NCBI GenBank assembly: GCA_010093995.1
Contig: ML992503.1
Location: 285,662 to 349,661 of the forward strand
Direction of reading: 5' to 3'
DNA from: Elsinoe ampelina
Taxonomy: Eukaryota
Length of the DNA: 64,000 nucleotides
Shown here in pieces: positions 1 through 12,492 of the stretch. Within the stretch, counting starts at the first letter, position 1, and each line of letters starts with the position of its first letter. The position numbers and the translations under genes were made by a program. The notes under the pieces are model-generated. The model did no database searches and was not told the origin of the DNA. It saw only the letters and a program-made list of their open reading frames with translations.

Positions 1-620
1 AGTCTTATAGTAGTATTATAATTAACATTAGAAGTACTAGGCAACTTTAATAGAGAATTTCTCTTCTTACTACTACCTCCGCTACCTAGTAGACTACTTA
101 GAGTACTAGCACTAGTAGCAATGCTACTAATGCCTAGCTATTGCTATACTATAGCGCTTATATTATAAGTGTTATTAATGTAGCATAGTAAGAAGGTAAA
201 AGTGTTATATAAAAGAAAAGGCTACTACTATAAGTATAATAAAGAAAGGAGAAATTATAAAGAGGCTAGCTAGATACTTATATCTCTTTAATTAAGACTT
301 ATAAGCTAGTCTATTTACATAAACAATAGCTGCCTAGCTATTGTTAATAGTTACTATTGTTGCTAGTAATTATAAGCCAAACTAATAGTAAATTCTCACT
401 AATGATTAGCTAACACTAACAATTATAAGTAATTACAAAGAGATAAAGTAATAAGCTAATCACTTTACTTACATATAATAGGATAGTTCTCTAGCTTTAA
501 CAATCTATACTAGAGAGGGAGTGTTATAATAGAAGGCTAGTATAGCTTCTCTAGTACTAAAGAACTAGCACTAATAAGTCAGCGCACGCACAGTAGATAA
601 ATTAGTTATTGTAACTCTCT
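1..620. mobile_element. RIP-mutated repeat/transposon relic (runs off left edge; right boundary approximate)
   Basis: Very AT-rich with TpA excess, CpA/TpG depletion and dense TAG/TAA, the pattern left by repeat-induced point mutation. Composition shifts to normal at about 600-800. Family not identifiable. Confidence 0.8.
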
Positions 621-1102
621 AAATGAAATACATGTCTCTCGATCCGATTTGCTAGTTATAACATTAGTGAGGCATCTTCGTGCTAGAAACAACAGTCTCG
701 GCTTATTTAGATGATATTGTAACCTTTCGCAATATCAAAAACATAACTTTGCGCTTGTTGCTAAGGCAGGGAATGAAATTAGCATGATCTTATTGACTGC
801 TTCATCGTGTGATACCGTTGTTGACACCAATCAAGCAGTTAATAGAGGAGACATGGTGGCCATCCAACACGGCAGACGAACAACGTCCGTCTCACGATAG
901 TGATACATGATAGCTGAATGACTTATCAAGGTGGGCTGGGAGCAGTCCGACAGCGTCCTGACGGACGTTAGCGTCTCTCCCCAGGGCGACAGCGAGGCAG
1001 GCAAGTCTCACAGCAGGACTCATGCCAGCAGTGAGACGCTAGCGATGAACGATGTAATTCAAAGGTCTACGTGAGCGTGTTACCCCACTCCCTCCTCCCC
1101 CT

Positions 1103-1810
1103 CTACCGACCCATATTATAAGTATAAACACTCTCCCTCGTCCCCTGCCCGGCCACCCTCCCCACCCCCACCGCAAACCCACACGCCAAAATCGCCGCCA
1201 CCCACTGGAGTCCCACCAACGTATTCCCAGCCGCAAAATACCTCTCCTCGCCCGCGGTGTACTCATCCATGACCACCATCGCCCTGACCGCCTGCGTCGT
1301 CGCCCACGCACTCGCCACCATCAACACCGCGCCCACACTCGCCGCCATCCGCGCCGCGACCCGCCAGCTGCGCCCCGCGTTGCCGCCCTTGGCGAGAATC
1401 ACCATCGTGATGAGACCAAGAGACACAAGCCACGCCAGCCCACCAGCCGTCATGAACGCCACGAAAACCTTCCTCTGGAGATCCAACGCGAACTGGATGC
1501 CTCGGATGGTGTCGTCCCGCCTCTCCTCGGGGAAGTGTGCTTCGGCGATGCCCTGCGCCGATTTTCCGGTCGAGGCAACGCAGAGGGTAGGCGACCCGCC
1601 GCCGACCCAGCAGAGGCCGTAGTAGCCGATGCGAAGGGAGGTGTCTTGGCGTGATTCGGTGTTCCAGGCGGCCGAGAGGAGGTAGATGTTGGAGAGGGAG
1701 GGGGAGGTGGAGGACATGAGGGGGAAGAGGGTGAGGAGGAAGATGAGCGGGGAGAGGAGCCAGAGGAGGAGGCCTAGGGAGGCTGAGCGGAGGGAGGTGG
1801 GGAGGGCCAT
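1103..1810 (-). CDS. Fig1/SUR7/PalI-like (claudin-fold) multi-pass membrane protein
   Basis: 235-aa ORF with an N-terminal TM helix, the loop motif LRIGYYGLCW...C and three further hydrophobic helices. Confidence 0.7.
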   Translation of the reverse strand: MALPTSLRSASLGLLLWLLSPLIFLLTLFPLMSSTSPSLSNIYLLSAAWNTESRQDTSLRIGYYGLCWVGGGSPTLCVASTGKSAQGIAEAHFPEERRDDTIRGIQFALDLQRKVFVAFMTAGGLAWLVSLGLITMVILAKGGNAGRSWRVAARMAASVGAVLMVASAWATTQAVRAMVVMDEYTAGEERYFAAGNTLVGLQWVAAILACGFAVGVGRVAGQGTRESVYTYNMGR

Positions 1811-2831
1811 GGGGATGTTGGGAGAAGGTTATTCGGCAAGCTGGAGCGATTGTACTCGAGGTATGAGGCGCTTGTGATCGCGGAGAGTAAAGTCTTTCTG
1901 GGGTCCAAGGTCTGATGGTTCTAGAGAGTGTTTTAATGTGTCGGTGGTGGTTGGTGGTTGGAGTGAAGACCTCGATGGAAGTGATGTGGTGTGCAAGTGG
2001 CGTGAGAAACTACAAACCCGGCTGTCACGCACACTTATATCAACCTCACCCACAAGCGCGTGCATCAGCTGAAAAACTCACAGCCCGCGGCACACTCGCG
2101 CGAACCATGATTCGACCAGACGCAGCTGCGCACGAAGACGCAGGGCCAGAAAAGAAAAGGTGGGCTGCACCTCGTTGGCCTGCATCCTGCCTGGGCAAAG
2201 CGTGACAAGGACTGTCAGATAGCGGGCGGTAAGGCGATGCAGGTGCGAGCTCAGGCGCGGACGGTGACTGGTGGGACCTGTTGGTTGGTAGATGAGCTCA
2301 GCCGCATTGGGATGGAAGACTTTTTGCTTGGATGCGGCACGGGTGGGGGACAGAGGAGACTCGTGCACGGCGTTGGAGTCAATTGACAATATGCTGTGTG
2401 CCTGTCTAGCGGTGACCTTTGTTCCTTTGATGAAGTGCGAGCAAAGGTGACAAAAAACAGAAGACAAATGGTTGATTCTGGCACAAAAATCATCTGGAGA
2501 TCGGCCTGCCACTCCACTGCGGCGAACCAGCGAGCTGGTGGGGCTGATCGTCCAGTAAAGTTTCAGGTGTAAAAATAGCCCTCAGCTAAATGCCCGGCAT
2601 GGTATTTTCCCGCTTCCATATCGAGCATTGCCATTCTTCAAATACAGGCACAGGATGAGCTGCTTGTTGCGACGGCAATCATGACTGTCGGACCTCACGG
2701 TTATATTGGGTACAGTATTCGGAGATAGCAAAGTAGCGTTTGACCGATCGTAATTCTCATGATGCATCAAATTGAGTATACGCTAAAAACAAGCAATCGA
2801 AGCTAAACGCTGTCCCACCAGCAATATATCA

Positions 2832-3860
2832 TCACTTTCCCTCCCCAGCGACATCAACAAGCACCTTACCCCTCGCCCTACTCGTCTTAATCCTCTTATA
2901 CGCCTCCACCACATCCTCCATCTTGAAGACCTCATCCCTCACCGTCTTCACTTTGCCCTCTCCCATCAACGCCGCCACCTTGTCCAGAGTCTCCTGGTTG
3001 ATATCCGCGCCGAACATGACCAACTTTCTCTTCCCGCCACCCAGGAAAGCAGGCAATGCCAATACAGTCACGAGAAATCGCACGAACGACAGCGATGGTG
3101 TGCCTGCTATCTCGACGAACTTGGCCGTTGGTGTGGTATACGTGTGCGCTTGCCAGTACAATGCGGGGTCGGAGAAGACGTAGTCCACGACGTGGTCGAA
3201 TGGCGCTTGTTTCTTGAGTTGCTCCACGAGCGCACCAGCGGTGTAGTCTAGCACCTCATCGGCGCCGAGTGAGCGTGCGAGATCGGCATTGCGGCCGGAG
3301 CATGACACGGTCACGTGCGCGCCTAGTGTCTTGGCGATTTGGATGCCGTAAGTACCCACGCCGCCACTGCCGCCGTTGATGAAGACGCGGCTGCCCTGGT
3401 GCACGAAAGGGGCGAGGGACTGGTAGGCTGTGACGGCCGCGACTGGCGCGCCGGCCGCGTCGAGAGGAGAGACGGTGGGGGGGACGGCGGCGATGGTGGT
3501 GGGGGAGGCGAGCATGTACTCTGCCATAGCCCCGCCAGCGATGGGACTGGTCGAGGCGGTGCCATACACTAGTGTGCCTGGTTGTAAAGACGAGCCGTCT
3601 GCGGGCGAGACGATGATGCCGGCCATGTCAAAACCTGGAATGACAGGTTTGCGGAGAAGGAGACTTGAGACTACGGGAATCTCGAATGGTTTATAGTCGA
3701 CTGGGTTGAGGGAGACGGCGAGGACGCGAATGAGATGCTGTTTGGGGTCATGTTTGGGTGACGGATATGAGGTTTGGAGGCGCAGATTCTTTTCCATGCC
3801 ACCAGCAGTGGAGGCAAAGTTCCAGACACGCATTGTGGAAGGTACTGAGGTGGTCGACAT
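2832..3860 (-). CDS. MDR-superfamily NAD(P)H quinone oxidoreductase / zinc-type alcohol dehydrogenase-like (RTN4IP1-like)
   Basis: 342 aa with SLNPVDYK, PGFDMAG, the Rossmann motif NGGSGGVG and C-terminal RARGKV. Confidence 0.92.
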   Translation of the reverse strand: MSTTSVPSTMRVWNFASTAGGMEKNLRLQTSYPSPKHDPKQHLIRVLAVSLNPVDYKPFEIPVVSSLLLRKPVIPGFDMAGIIVSPADGSSLQPGTLVYGTASTSPIAGGAMAEYMLASPTTIAAVPPTVSPLDAAGAPVAAVTAYQSLAPFVHQGSRVFINGGSGGVGTYGIQIAKTLGAHVTVSCSGRNADLARSLGADEVLDYTAGALVEQLKKQAPFDHVVDYVFSDPALYWQAHTYTTPTAKFVEIAGTPSLSFVRFLVTVLALPAFLGGGKRKLVMFGADINQETLDKVAALMGEGKVKTVRDEVFKMEDVVEAYKRIKTSRARGKVLVDVAGEGK

Positions 3861-4925
3861 TGTGATTTGTATTGATGGTGTGTTTCAATGGTGTGTGTTG
3901 TGCACTTTGGACGACGGTGGGAGGGGCAGTACTTATCTGTTGTGAACAGCTATGCTGGAGCTGTGCTCCTACAGCTTAAGCTCTGTGGTTTTGCTAAGCT
4001 TCGACGGGCCTCGCAACACATGCTCTTCCGGATGAACTATTGTGACTTAGTCAGTGAGGGAAGCTTGATGACGCGATGATGGATTAAATCAAGACACGTG
4101 CATGTATGTATAAGCAGTGGTCGGTGTCGGCGACAGTCTACCGACACACAGACAGAAGCGGGAAAAGCGGGTGAACTTCTCACCGTAATCAGCGCCTCCG
4201 GACTTTATAGCCCCTGTTACGTACGCTTTTCATTTCTTTGCTCCATAAGTTCCATTCCTCCATTTTCACCAATCTTGATGATATAGCCCTGGCCGAAATG
4301 TTCGTCATCGGGCTTGTTTGTGGCCGACGTGGATACGGTCGTCGGTGACAAGGTGCATCACCAAGCCTTCGCGATGATCAGAGCGAAAAGGGGCAGCAAC
4401 GACAAGGACACCAAAGTGAAACAGCGTGGTTTGTACCAATTTCATACACTACGAAGACCAAGCTGGGTTCGGCTGTTGGAACGCACAAGGCACCGAAAGT
4501 TGTCCCTTTATTTCATGACTACATATTTTTATCCGTCCCGTCAATCTGGTCCAAATCAAAGAGATTCGACTTCTCGAGGGGAGATGTGGGATGAGGACCC
4601 GAAAGGGCCCTCCCTGCATCGTCGACCCTCCAGAAGAGGGAAAGCGCTCTCCTGACAGGTAAGGGGTGTGGCATAGCCACATCAGTCGTTGTAGCGCTTT
4701 CCCCGTTCGAATGAATTTGAGCCGGCGAGCTTTTTGCGCCGTGAGAGCGTGGGTTCGACTTTGGGGAGGAGCCATTCTTTTTGCACGACAATGGGGTGAG
4801 AATGGGGGCATGTGATGGCGGGAGGACGGGAGGGAGGGGGTAGCCATGGTGATGCTTGGCAAAGATGGATGCCTCAGGCTCGCGAACTCATATTTTGACA
4901 GGCTGACAGTCGCTTCGACCCATAT

Positions 4926-6549
4926 TCAGCTCATCATCAGACTCCCCAATGTCCCATCCAGCTTGCTAAATCCAATCTCGTTCCCGAGATCTTCGAACGC
5001 CTTTCTCCGATCCGTTTTCTCCGGCAGATCATCAACCACATCCACGCTCCCCTTGCCAAACACGATCGCCTTGCCACCCTCTTTTGTGCGCTTCTCCACC
5101 GGCGCTTTGCCCACGGTGAAATCGATGAAGACTTCGGCCATACTTTTCGCCACCTCCCGCTCCTTATCTGACGGGAGGACTTGGTTGAAATTCTGGAAGA
5201 GGTAGGCGATATCGAGAATGTGGGTGGCTTCGCCGTGGAATTGGCCTGGCCATGGGTTGGGGGCGTTGAAACGGTAGACAAAAGTATCCTTGCCAGCGGC
5301 GGCGAAGTGAGAGGCGTAGGCTTTGGTAGGTGCGTAGAATGCAATGTCATTGGCGAAGCGGAGGACCTGGAGGAAAGCTTTCTCATCTTCGGTGGAGGGT
5401 GTCAGGCTGTAGATATCCACCAGCCGTTTGGCACTATCAGCGGGTAAGGTCTTTTCGGCATTGGCGATGAACTTGGCTGCGATGCCTTGCTTGTGACGGC
5501 CGAGATGGAGGAACATAATGTTGCCCTGCAGGATGGTCAACTTGGTCCAAATTTTCTCAGGAAAGACCACTCACGTCAAACCCACAATCGCCGATCATCA
5601 GAGCCTCACACCACTTCGTCCCCGGTATTGTTCCTTGTTGCTGCAACATCTCATACGTAGTACCAGTCTTGATGACTTCCCCATCAATGATCGGCATTGT
5701 CTGAACCGCCATCCCCGCCTTGCCCAGCATGTCCAGCCCCTTCATCGCAAGCAACTGCTTCACCTTCTCCTCTCCACTACCCTTGAGCTCAAGCACCTCC
5801 ACCGCTTTATCCCAGATCATCTCCCCCACAAAAGGCGGCACACCCTTCACCGCCACGTCCGTACCACTCATCGCCACAGCGCGACTAAACAACTTCTCCT
5901 CGGACTGCAAATGCATCGTCAAAGCCGAAGCCCCAGCCGATTCCGCAGCCACAGTCACCCTCTCCGGATCGCCGCCGAACCCCTTGATATGTTCCCTGAT
6001 CCACTTCAACGCAAGTCGCTGGTCCGAAAGGCCACGGTTCGGTTTATACCCAGCCGCCTTGATGTCCTTGCTGTACAAAAACCCGCTTATGCCCAACCTG
6101 TAGTTGATCCCCACACCGATAATCGGAGTGCCTCGCTCGGAAGCAAGACGCACGACCCGGCGGAAATCATACTGTGGCCATGTCGTGCTGCCCAGCTGGA
6201 AGCCTCCGCCGTGGATGAACACCAAGACAGGGAGGCCGGAGGACGATGTCGTGCCTTCTGGGACGGTGATGGAGAGGGCCAGGCATTCGGTGTCGGATGT
6301 CTCGCGGTAGGTGCAAGGAAGGGAGTGCTGGATCAGGCCGAGCTCGCCGTCGACGTTGTCTGGGCCTTGGAGGGCGGTAGGGGCATGGTGGGTTGCGTCG
6401 AGGGTGCTGTTGGGGCCGTATTTGACTGGTGTTGCTGTGGAGAAGCGGTTCTCGAGGTTGCCGTATTTGATTCCGAGGTATTGTGTCAGGTCTTTCTCGG
6501 TGTTTCCTTGGATCCTGCCGATTGTCGGATGGGAGAGCGTGGTCGCCAT
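4926..6549 (-). CDS. Type-B carboxylesterase (alpha/beta hydrolase), 2 exons
   Basis: Motifs ECLALSI, FIHGGGF, NYRLG, FGGDPERVT, the nucleophile elbow AESAG and a C-terminal catalytic His (ATHILD). Intron 5526..5574 (GTGAGT...TTGAC...CTGCAG) joins ORFs 5557..6549 and 4926..5570. Confidence 0.9.
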
Positions 6550-7382
6550 GTTTCGATCTTGGGCTATTTGCAGGCTCTGGTTGTTTCTGCTTTTTCCTGG
6601 TCAAGCAATTTCGCGCAGTCAAGCTGGACAAGGTCGTGTGGAAGCGTGAAAGGGGAGAATGTTCAAAGAAGGTCAAGACTCACCTTCCGGACTTACCTCT
6701 GAGGTCACCCCAAAACATACTACCAATCTTGGGGTAATTCCCCGGACACCGGAAGTTGGAGAAGAATCAGACGCAAAGTGGTGGAACAGGTGGAGGGCAG
6801 TTCAGAGAAAAAAGAGCCGGAAGTGCCGGCGGGGCGCGGGGTGATTGTCCCACCCCCACCAGTGCTGTTTTTGCATCATGTCTCTTTGTCGTTGAAGTTA
6901 CTGCTTCGTAACTGAGTCTGGTCTCAATGATTCTGGAACGTCGGAGTTGAGAAACTCTAATCATTGCAAATTCCGTGGACCCTGCATATCTGATGTGATC
7001 CAACAATGGATGCCCCTTGTCACTGAGACACTGTGGCTATAGATCCATACTCCTGTATGATCAACACATCAACCAGGATACAATCTGTCCGTGAGACATC
7101 AGATCTACGGGGACCAGTCTCATAATATACCATCACCTCGGCGATGCTTGACATCTAGGACCCTGTGCACAGTTCCCGAAAGTCAAGAACACCTGAGACT
7201 CAAGCCGTGTCAGATGTGATACGCCCTGCCCGGCGACTTGAATGAGTAGTACAAGCCTGATAAGACCGAGGCAGGCATCCACCGTAGTGTTACCTCCGCC
7301 CAGGTACCATCATGTGGGCTATAGCAAAGACAACGCTGTCCACCGCTCTCCTCATCCCTTTTGTGTACTCCTCAGTCGTCAT

Positions 7383-8645
7383 CTACACCGCCGGGCCCCT
7401 CCCAATCCACACCCTGTAGGTCCTGAACGGGCCCCTTCTCCGATCCACATTCTTGTACTGGAACCTCGGACTCAACTCCAATTGATTCGTGCAGAAGTAC
7501 AACCATCCATCCACAATGGCAGCAGAGTCCGCATGCTGCACCAAGCCACTCCTCACCAGCGTCCTGACCACATAATTCTCTGCCTTGACCAGCCCTTCGC
7601 CACCGGGTGGCGTCCCGTTGATCTCATCCGTCACCTCGCTTTGCTGAGTATCCACATAGTAGATAGCATTCTGCTCGGAAGCGAGGATGTACACGCGCCC
7701 CTTGTCATCTGCCGTGAAGCCGGCTTGTTCAGTCGTGCATTCTCCTGGGTCCTGGACCTGGGATAGTACCTCTGCTTCGCTGAGCGCGGGATCGGTGAAA
7801 GCCGTCTGTGGGGCGTAGTAGAACCTTCGACTGGCTAGATTGCCCCAGTAGACATTGCCTGAGGCTAGAGCGATGCCGTCTGATCCAAGCGAGGTGAAGG
7901 ACCGCCGCGTGCCGTTCCAGGAGTAGATGGCTTGGCCGTTGTAGCTTCCTACGAAAGTGGGGTCAGGCATGACGACAGTAGTGTTGTGTAGCCTCCGTAG
8001 AGCTTGGCCTGTGGCGAGGTCGACAGAGAGTATGGAGCCCCCTTTGCTGGCGTCTGTCAGGAAGGCAAAGCCCGCGGATCCGAGGGTGAGGTTGACGCGG
8101 AGGTCGTTGAGGTTGAGACCATCGTAGAAGAGAGGAGAGGGGATAGGCCATACCCGGAGGAGTTGCCGGGTGGTGGGAGAGATGGCAAGGACCTTTGCGC
8201 CGCCTGGAGTTGGAGATGTTGCGCCAGGTGCAATACCGGAATCAACGAGGTAGAGGTTGCCATCGCTGCCGAGGACGGGATTTTGGACATTGATGAAGCA
8301 GGTCGAGACGTTCTGGCCTGTGGTACAGTTCTGGAACTCGGCAGAAGGCCACGGCTCTTCGCTTGCGAAGGAGGTGGCGATTACAACGTTATTGGGGGTC
8401 GGACCTGAGTTTCGGGGGTAGGCGATGTAGATGTTCAGGTCATTGTCGAGAGCAAGACCAGTGGGAGCTTGGACACTTTGATGGACAGGCTCGAGGGGGG
8501 GGCCGATGATGGTGAAGTCGTTCGGGCATACCCCTAGGGTGGCATTGGGAGATCTGGCAGGTGTACGAGGACAATACGAGAAAAAGCCATGTGCGTCCGC
8601 CAAGTAGGTCACCACCGCTAGTACGCACACCAATGATCGCAACAT
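7383..8645 (-). CDS. Secreted major royal jelly protein / yellow-family beta-propeller
   Basis: ATG at 8645 followed by a signal peptide (MLRSLVCVLAVVTYLADA). MRJP-type motifs LYLVDSG, NDLRV, AFLTDAS, DGIAL and ADSAAI. Confidence 0.85.
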   Translation of the reverse strand: MLRSLVCVLAVVTYLADAHGFFSYCPRTPARSPNATLGVCPNDFTIIGPPLEPVHQSVQAPTGLALDNDLNIYIAYPRNSGPTPNNVVIATSFASEEPWPSAEFQNCTTGQNVSTCFINVQNPVLGSDGNLYLVDSGIAPGATSPTPGGAKVLAISPTTRQLLRVWPIPSPLFYDGLNLNDLRVNLTLGSAGFAFLTDASKGGSILSVDLATGQALRRLHNTTVVMPDPTFVGSYNGQAIYSWNGTRRSFTSLGSDGIALASGNVYWGNLASRRFYYAPQTAFTDPALSEAEVLSQVQDPGECTTEQAGFTADDKGRVYILASEQNAIYYVDTQQSEVTDEINGTPPGGEGLVKAENYVVRTLVRSGLVQHADSAAIVDGWLYFCTNQLELSPRFQYKNVDRRRGPFRTYRVWIGRGPAV

Positions 8646-9170
8646 GATTGACGGCACTGCGGACACGTCGGGGTGGTAGAAAGCGATGAGAAATACATCC
8701 TACCACGACCTACATTATAAGGGCTCCTTGCAATGATGTTGTGCTTAGTCGCTTCCCCGCACGTCAAGGTTCGTAAATGTCGATTGAGCTGCACATGGTC
8801 ACTGACATCACCGGGTACATCTTCTCTCGATTGATTGAGCCGTGATCGACAGGTTGGTAGTTCATAGCCGGCATTGATGAGGCGCCTCCGATGCCGAAAT
8901 CATCTGTGTCAGGCCAGTCAGTTGCTTGATAGGATTCGAAGAAGCTGGAGCGAAAGTGGCAGAATTTATAACTTGGTCCTCTTCATCGGTATACTCGGCG
9001 CCAAGTTATGCCGAGGTAGTGGAAAGCTTGATTGTGATGCTCAATTCATGCCCTTTGGGAGAGCGAATATACATTTTCGTGTATGTCATGGACTTTGTCG
9101 TTCTATATCTACTTGAAGACCTGCCCGGATGGCTAAGTCCTTGTCTCTCCTGATCCTCGATCTTTGAACT

Positions 9171-10394
9171 CTATTCAACATTGATGGCTAAACTCACTGG
9201 GTCATATTTGACCTTGCCATCCAGCTCCTCGCCCTTCAGTACTGCCTTCATCAACTTGTCCAATCTCTGCACCGCCTCCTCACCGACCTGATAATGTACC
9301 ACCAACCTTCCACCAAGCAATCTCAACCCAGCCTTGTCTCCCAGCTTGATGAAGTCCTCAACACTAATCCCCGCAGCCTCAAGGTCGAACCATACCATGT
9401 TCGTCTCCACGGGATTTGCCAGCTTGCCTCCATATGAAGTCCACATTGCCTCGATGCGTCTCGCCATATCGTGGCTTGCTTTCAGCTTGCCTCCCAGGAA
9501 AGTCTCTTCAACAGCAACTCTTGCGGCCGCAGTGACGACACCAGCCTGTCGTAGTCCACCACCAATGGACTTGCGCACCCACCTTGCCCTCTCCCTGAAC
9601 TTTTCTGTTCCAATAATGATGCTGCCGATCGGCGCCCCTAGACCTTTGGAGAAGCATAGGGATACGCTGTCAAAGCAGTCACAGTACTCGATCAACGAGC
9701 CAGCTCCCGACGCAACAGCTTCCCATAACCGCGCTCCGTCCAGGTGCATTATGATCCCGTGCTCTTTCGCCCATGCGGAAATCCGTTGCATCTCTGCTAA
9801 CGGAGTGATGATGCCATTGAGAGTGTTTTCTAAGCTTATGACCTTTGTCGGACATGCGTGGATGTCATCGCTCACCACAGCCGACTTCTTAATATCCTCG
9901 AGAGTAAGGTAGCGGCCATTGGCTGGCACAACCGGGATAGTCATGGCGCCGGTGAGGGATGAGACGCCACCGGCTTCCCAATTGATGATATGCGAGCGGT
10001 GATCTGTGACGACCGAGTGGGGAGGAGCGAGTAGATGGGTGCGGAGAGCGACTTGGTTGCCCATTGTGCCGGACAGGACGAGGAGGGCAGCGGGTTTGTT
10101 GGTGAGGTCGGCGATGAAGCGTTCAAGTGAGAGGGTTGTGGGATCCATCTGGAAGACATCATCGAGGAGGGAGGTGGAAGCGATCGCCGCGAGCATGGAA
10201 GAGGTCGGAGTCGTGACCACATCGCCTTGGAGGGATTAATGGGATACAAGAAGGTCAGAGCGTGTGGGCTCACTGCGAAAGTCAAAAGCCGCTGGACCTG
10301 GGTGAGTCCAGTTGTTGACCTTGACATCCCCATTTGTGATGTGCTTTGCCTGCGCCTCTATCGAGTCCTTGGATATGCCATTCGTGGTCGCCAT
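9171..10394 (-). CDS. GLY1: Low-specificity L-threonine aldolase (PLP), 2 exons; alternative upstream in-frame start at 10547
   Basis: FDFRS/DVVTTPT spans intron 10226..10273. Motifs SGTMGNQ, LENTLNG, HLDGARLW and CFSKGLGAPIGS (PLP lysine). Confidence 0.93.
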
Positions 10395-11196
10395 GACGGC
10401 TGGGGAGAATGTGAATGTCCTGCTTTTTGTGTAGGGTGCGGGGTTGAAGCTGCGGAGGGATCTTGACCGAGATCTTGCGAGAAGTGCTCTCAGAGGCACA
10501 AGAGAAGTGCAAAAAGAGGAAGTAAAGATTGGAGTGAAAGGAGTCATTGAAGGATATGGGATGCAAGGTACGCGATAGACGACCCGGGAGGATCAACCAT
10601 TTTGACAGGGCTCATGAGAAAAGCGGTGTCGTGGTCTTGAAGACGTGGGATGTGGGGTCTGTTTGCCGCGAATAGCCTGGTTGTATCACTGTATTAGTAG
10701 AGATCCAAGAGAAGCTGCTTTACATACTACATACGGGCTCCCAATACAAGGGGCTTTGCAAGAGCGATTGTCACTTGTGAGTTGCGGTGGCGACAGACTT
10801 TGGACTCGCGGTAATCAAAAGGAGCGGTCTGGTTCATCTCACTCAGAAAAAGACTTCACCTTCACATGGCCATCGGATACATCCGAGACATATTTCTCCC
10901 AAGAACAATCAGGGCATGTTAACTTAGGGCACCCGCTCCTCTATTCCGACATGATCCAACATCCAATCTAGAGCCACAATCATGCCCTACGCAGGGCTGC
11001 GGACGACATCTGCAAATTCCACCTTACACAAAACAGGATTGTGATGAAGATGGTGCTAATGAATGTCTATTATTGAGCCTTTCTCCTCTGCACATGCACC
11101 GGTGAAAGAGCCGTCTAGCTGGTCTATTGACAAGAAAAGAACGCCAGGCTCCTCCGCAGAAGTCCCGTCAAATATTATCTCTCAAGCACGCATCAA

Positions 11197-12492
11197 CTAT
11201 GCAGGGACAGCAGCAGCAGCCAACCTATCCCTGGCGGCAGTCATGGCTGGTCCAACGCTGACGCCGTTGTTAACTAGCAGCAGTGGGTCGCCCTTGAGCA
11301 CATTGCCACCGACAATGCCCTTGAGTGCGTTGTTCTTGAGCCACTCTTTCATGGCCGCTGGGTTCTGGGCAAGACTCGGGTCTCTGGCCATTTGGTATGC
11401 GACGATGCCGGTGACGTATGGCGCGGCCATGGACGTGCCGGAGAGATAGGCGGTGGCTTGTGGGCCGTTGATGTAGGTCGAAATGATCTGCTCGCCTGGT
11501 GCGTAGACGTCGACGCACGGGCCGGTGTTGGAGAAGTCGGACACGGTGTTGTCGAAACCGATGGAGCCGACTGAGATGGCTGGGCCTTGAGCGCCGCCGG
11601 CTTCGGCAGGCGACACACCGCATGCGTTCTGACCGTCATTACCGGCTGCGACGACGACGTGGACACCGGCTTTGGTGGCGGCATTGACGGCTTGGGTGAA
11701 GGTGGATGAGCGCTGACCGTAAGGCGTGGAGAGGGACATGGAGATGACAGATCCGACAAGACTGCCTGCGGCTTTCTTCTCGTCGTGCTTCTGAACTGCA
11801 TAGTTGAGACCGGCGATGACGGAAGAGGAGGTACCAGAGCCGCCGGCGAGAGACCGCACGCCGATGATGTTGGCGCGAGATGCGACACCGTATGTGTTGG
11901 AAGCAGCAATACCAGCGACGTGGGTGCCGTGGCCGTCCTGGTCGGCAGAGCCGCTAGCTGGCCAACCTGGGACTGCGCGACCGCCAAAGTTGGTGTGCTC
12001 GGTGTAGACGCCCGTGTCGACAATGTAGATATCAGCGCCTTGCCCGAGCTTGCCGTCATCGTACTGGTAGGTTGATGCCAATCCGCGAGTGGCGCCGCCG
12101 TTGGATCCGGTGGAGATGCGCTCGAGACCCCATGGTGATCCTCCGCGCCTCTCAACAGCGAGAGTGAGTTCGACAGTCTTTTCTAGTACGCCGACGGAAT
12201 CCATGGCATGTAGCTTGTTCGCAGCGACACGGTTAGCATTGACGGAAAACCCACGGAAGGCAGAGTTGTTGTAGATTTCGTAGACATTCTCGCTCTCGGG
12301 AGTGAGTTCCAGATCGGCGAGTACAGAGAGAATTTCTGGTGGTGTGGGCTGATCCGGGTTGAGGAGGACAGTGTACTCCATAGGGGTGTCGTCTTCATCA
12401 TCGTCCTGCTCTACACCAGTCCTAGGTGTGCCTGGGAGAGGAGCCGCATTGGCGAGGACGAGGAAGCACAAAAGGTTGTAGATGAACTGCAT
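11197..12492 (-). CDS. Secreted subtilisin-like serine protease (S8A, proteinase K type) with I9 propeptide
   Basis: Signal peptide and catalytic triad motifs VDTG, HGTHVAG and GTSMA, plus the oxyanion motif AAGN. Confidence 0.95.
   Translation of the reverse strand: MQFIYNLLCFLVLANAAPLPGTPRTGVEQDDDEDDTPMEYTVLLNPDQPTPPEILSVLADLELTPESENVYEIYNNSAFRGFSVNANRVAANKLHAMDSVGVLEKTVELTLAVERRGGSPWGLERISTGSNGGATRGLASTYQYDDGKLGQGADIYIVDTGVYTEHTNFGGRAVPGWPASGSADQDGHGTHVAGIAASNTYGVASRANIIGVRSLAGGSGTSSSVIAGLNYAVQKHDEKKAAGSLVGSVISMSLSTPYGQRSSTFTQAVNAATKAGVHVVVAAGNDGQNACGVSPAEAGGAQGPAISVGSIGFDNTVSDFSNTGPCVDVYAPGEQIISTYINGPQATAYLSGTSMAAPYVTGIVAYQMARDPSLAQNPAAMKEWLKNNALKGIVGGNVLKGDPLLLVNNGVSVGPAMTAARDRLAAAAVPA

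Noticed and set aside
874..1041. Short inverted repeats (AACGTCCGTC/GACGGACGTT; TAGCGTCTC/GAGACGCTA)
   Set aside because: Only 9-10 bp with no TSD seen, compatible with chance.
4680..4775. tRNA-like GGTTCGA motif
   Set aside because: No cloverleaf or acceptor stem could be built. The short ORFs here also lack recognisable features.
5518..6702. 394-aa plus-strand ORF
   Set aside because: Antisense shadow of the carboxylesterase, explained by codon bias, with no motifs.
2832..12492. Secondary-metabolite gene cluster
   Set aside because: No PKS, NRPS, terpene synthase or pathway transcription factor in the window.
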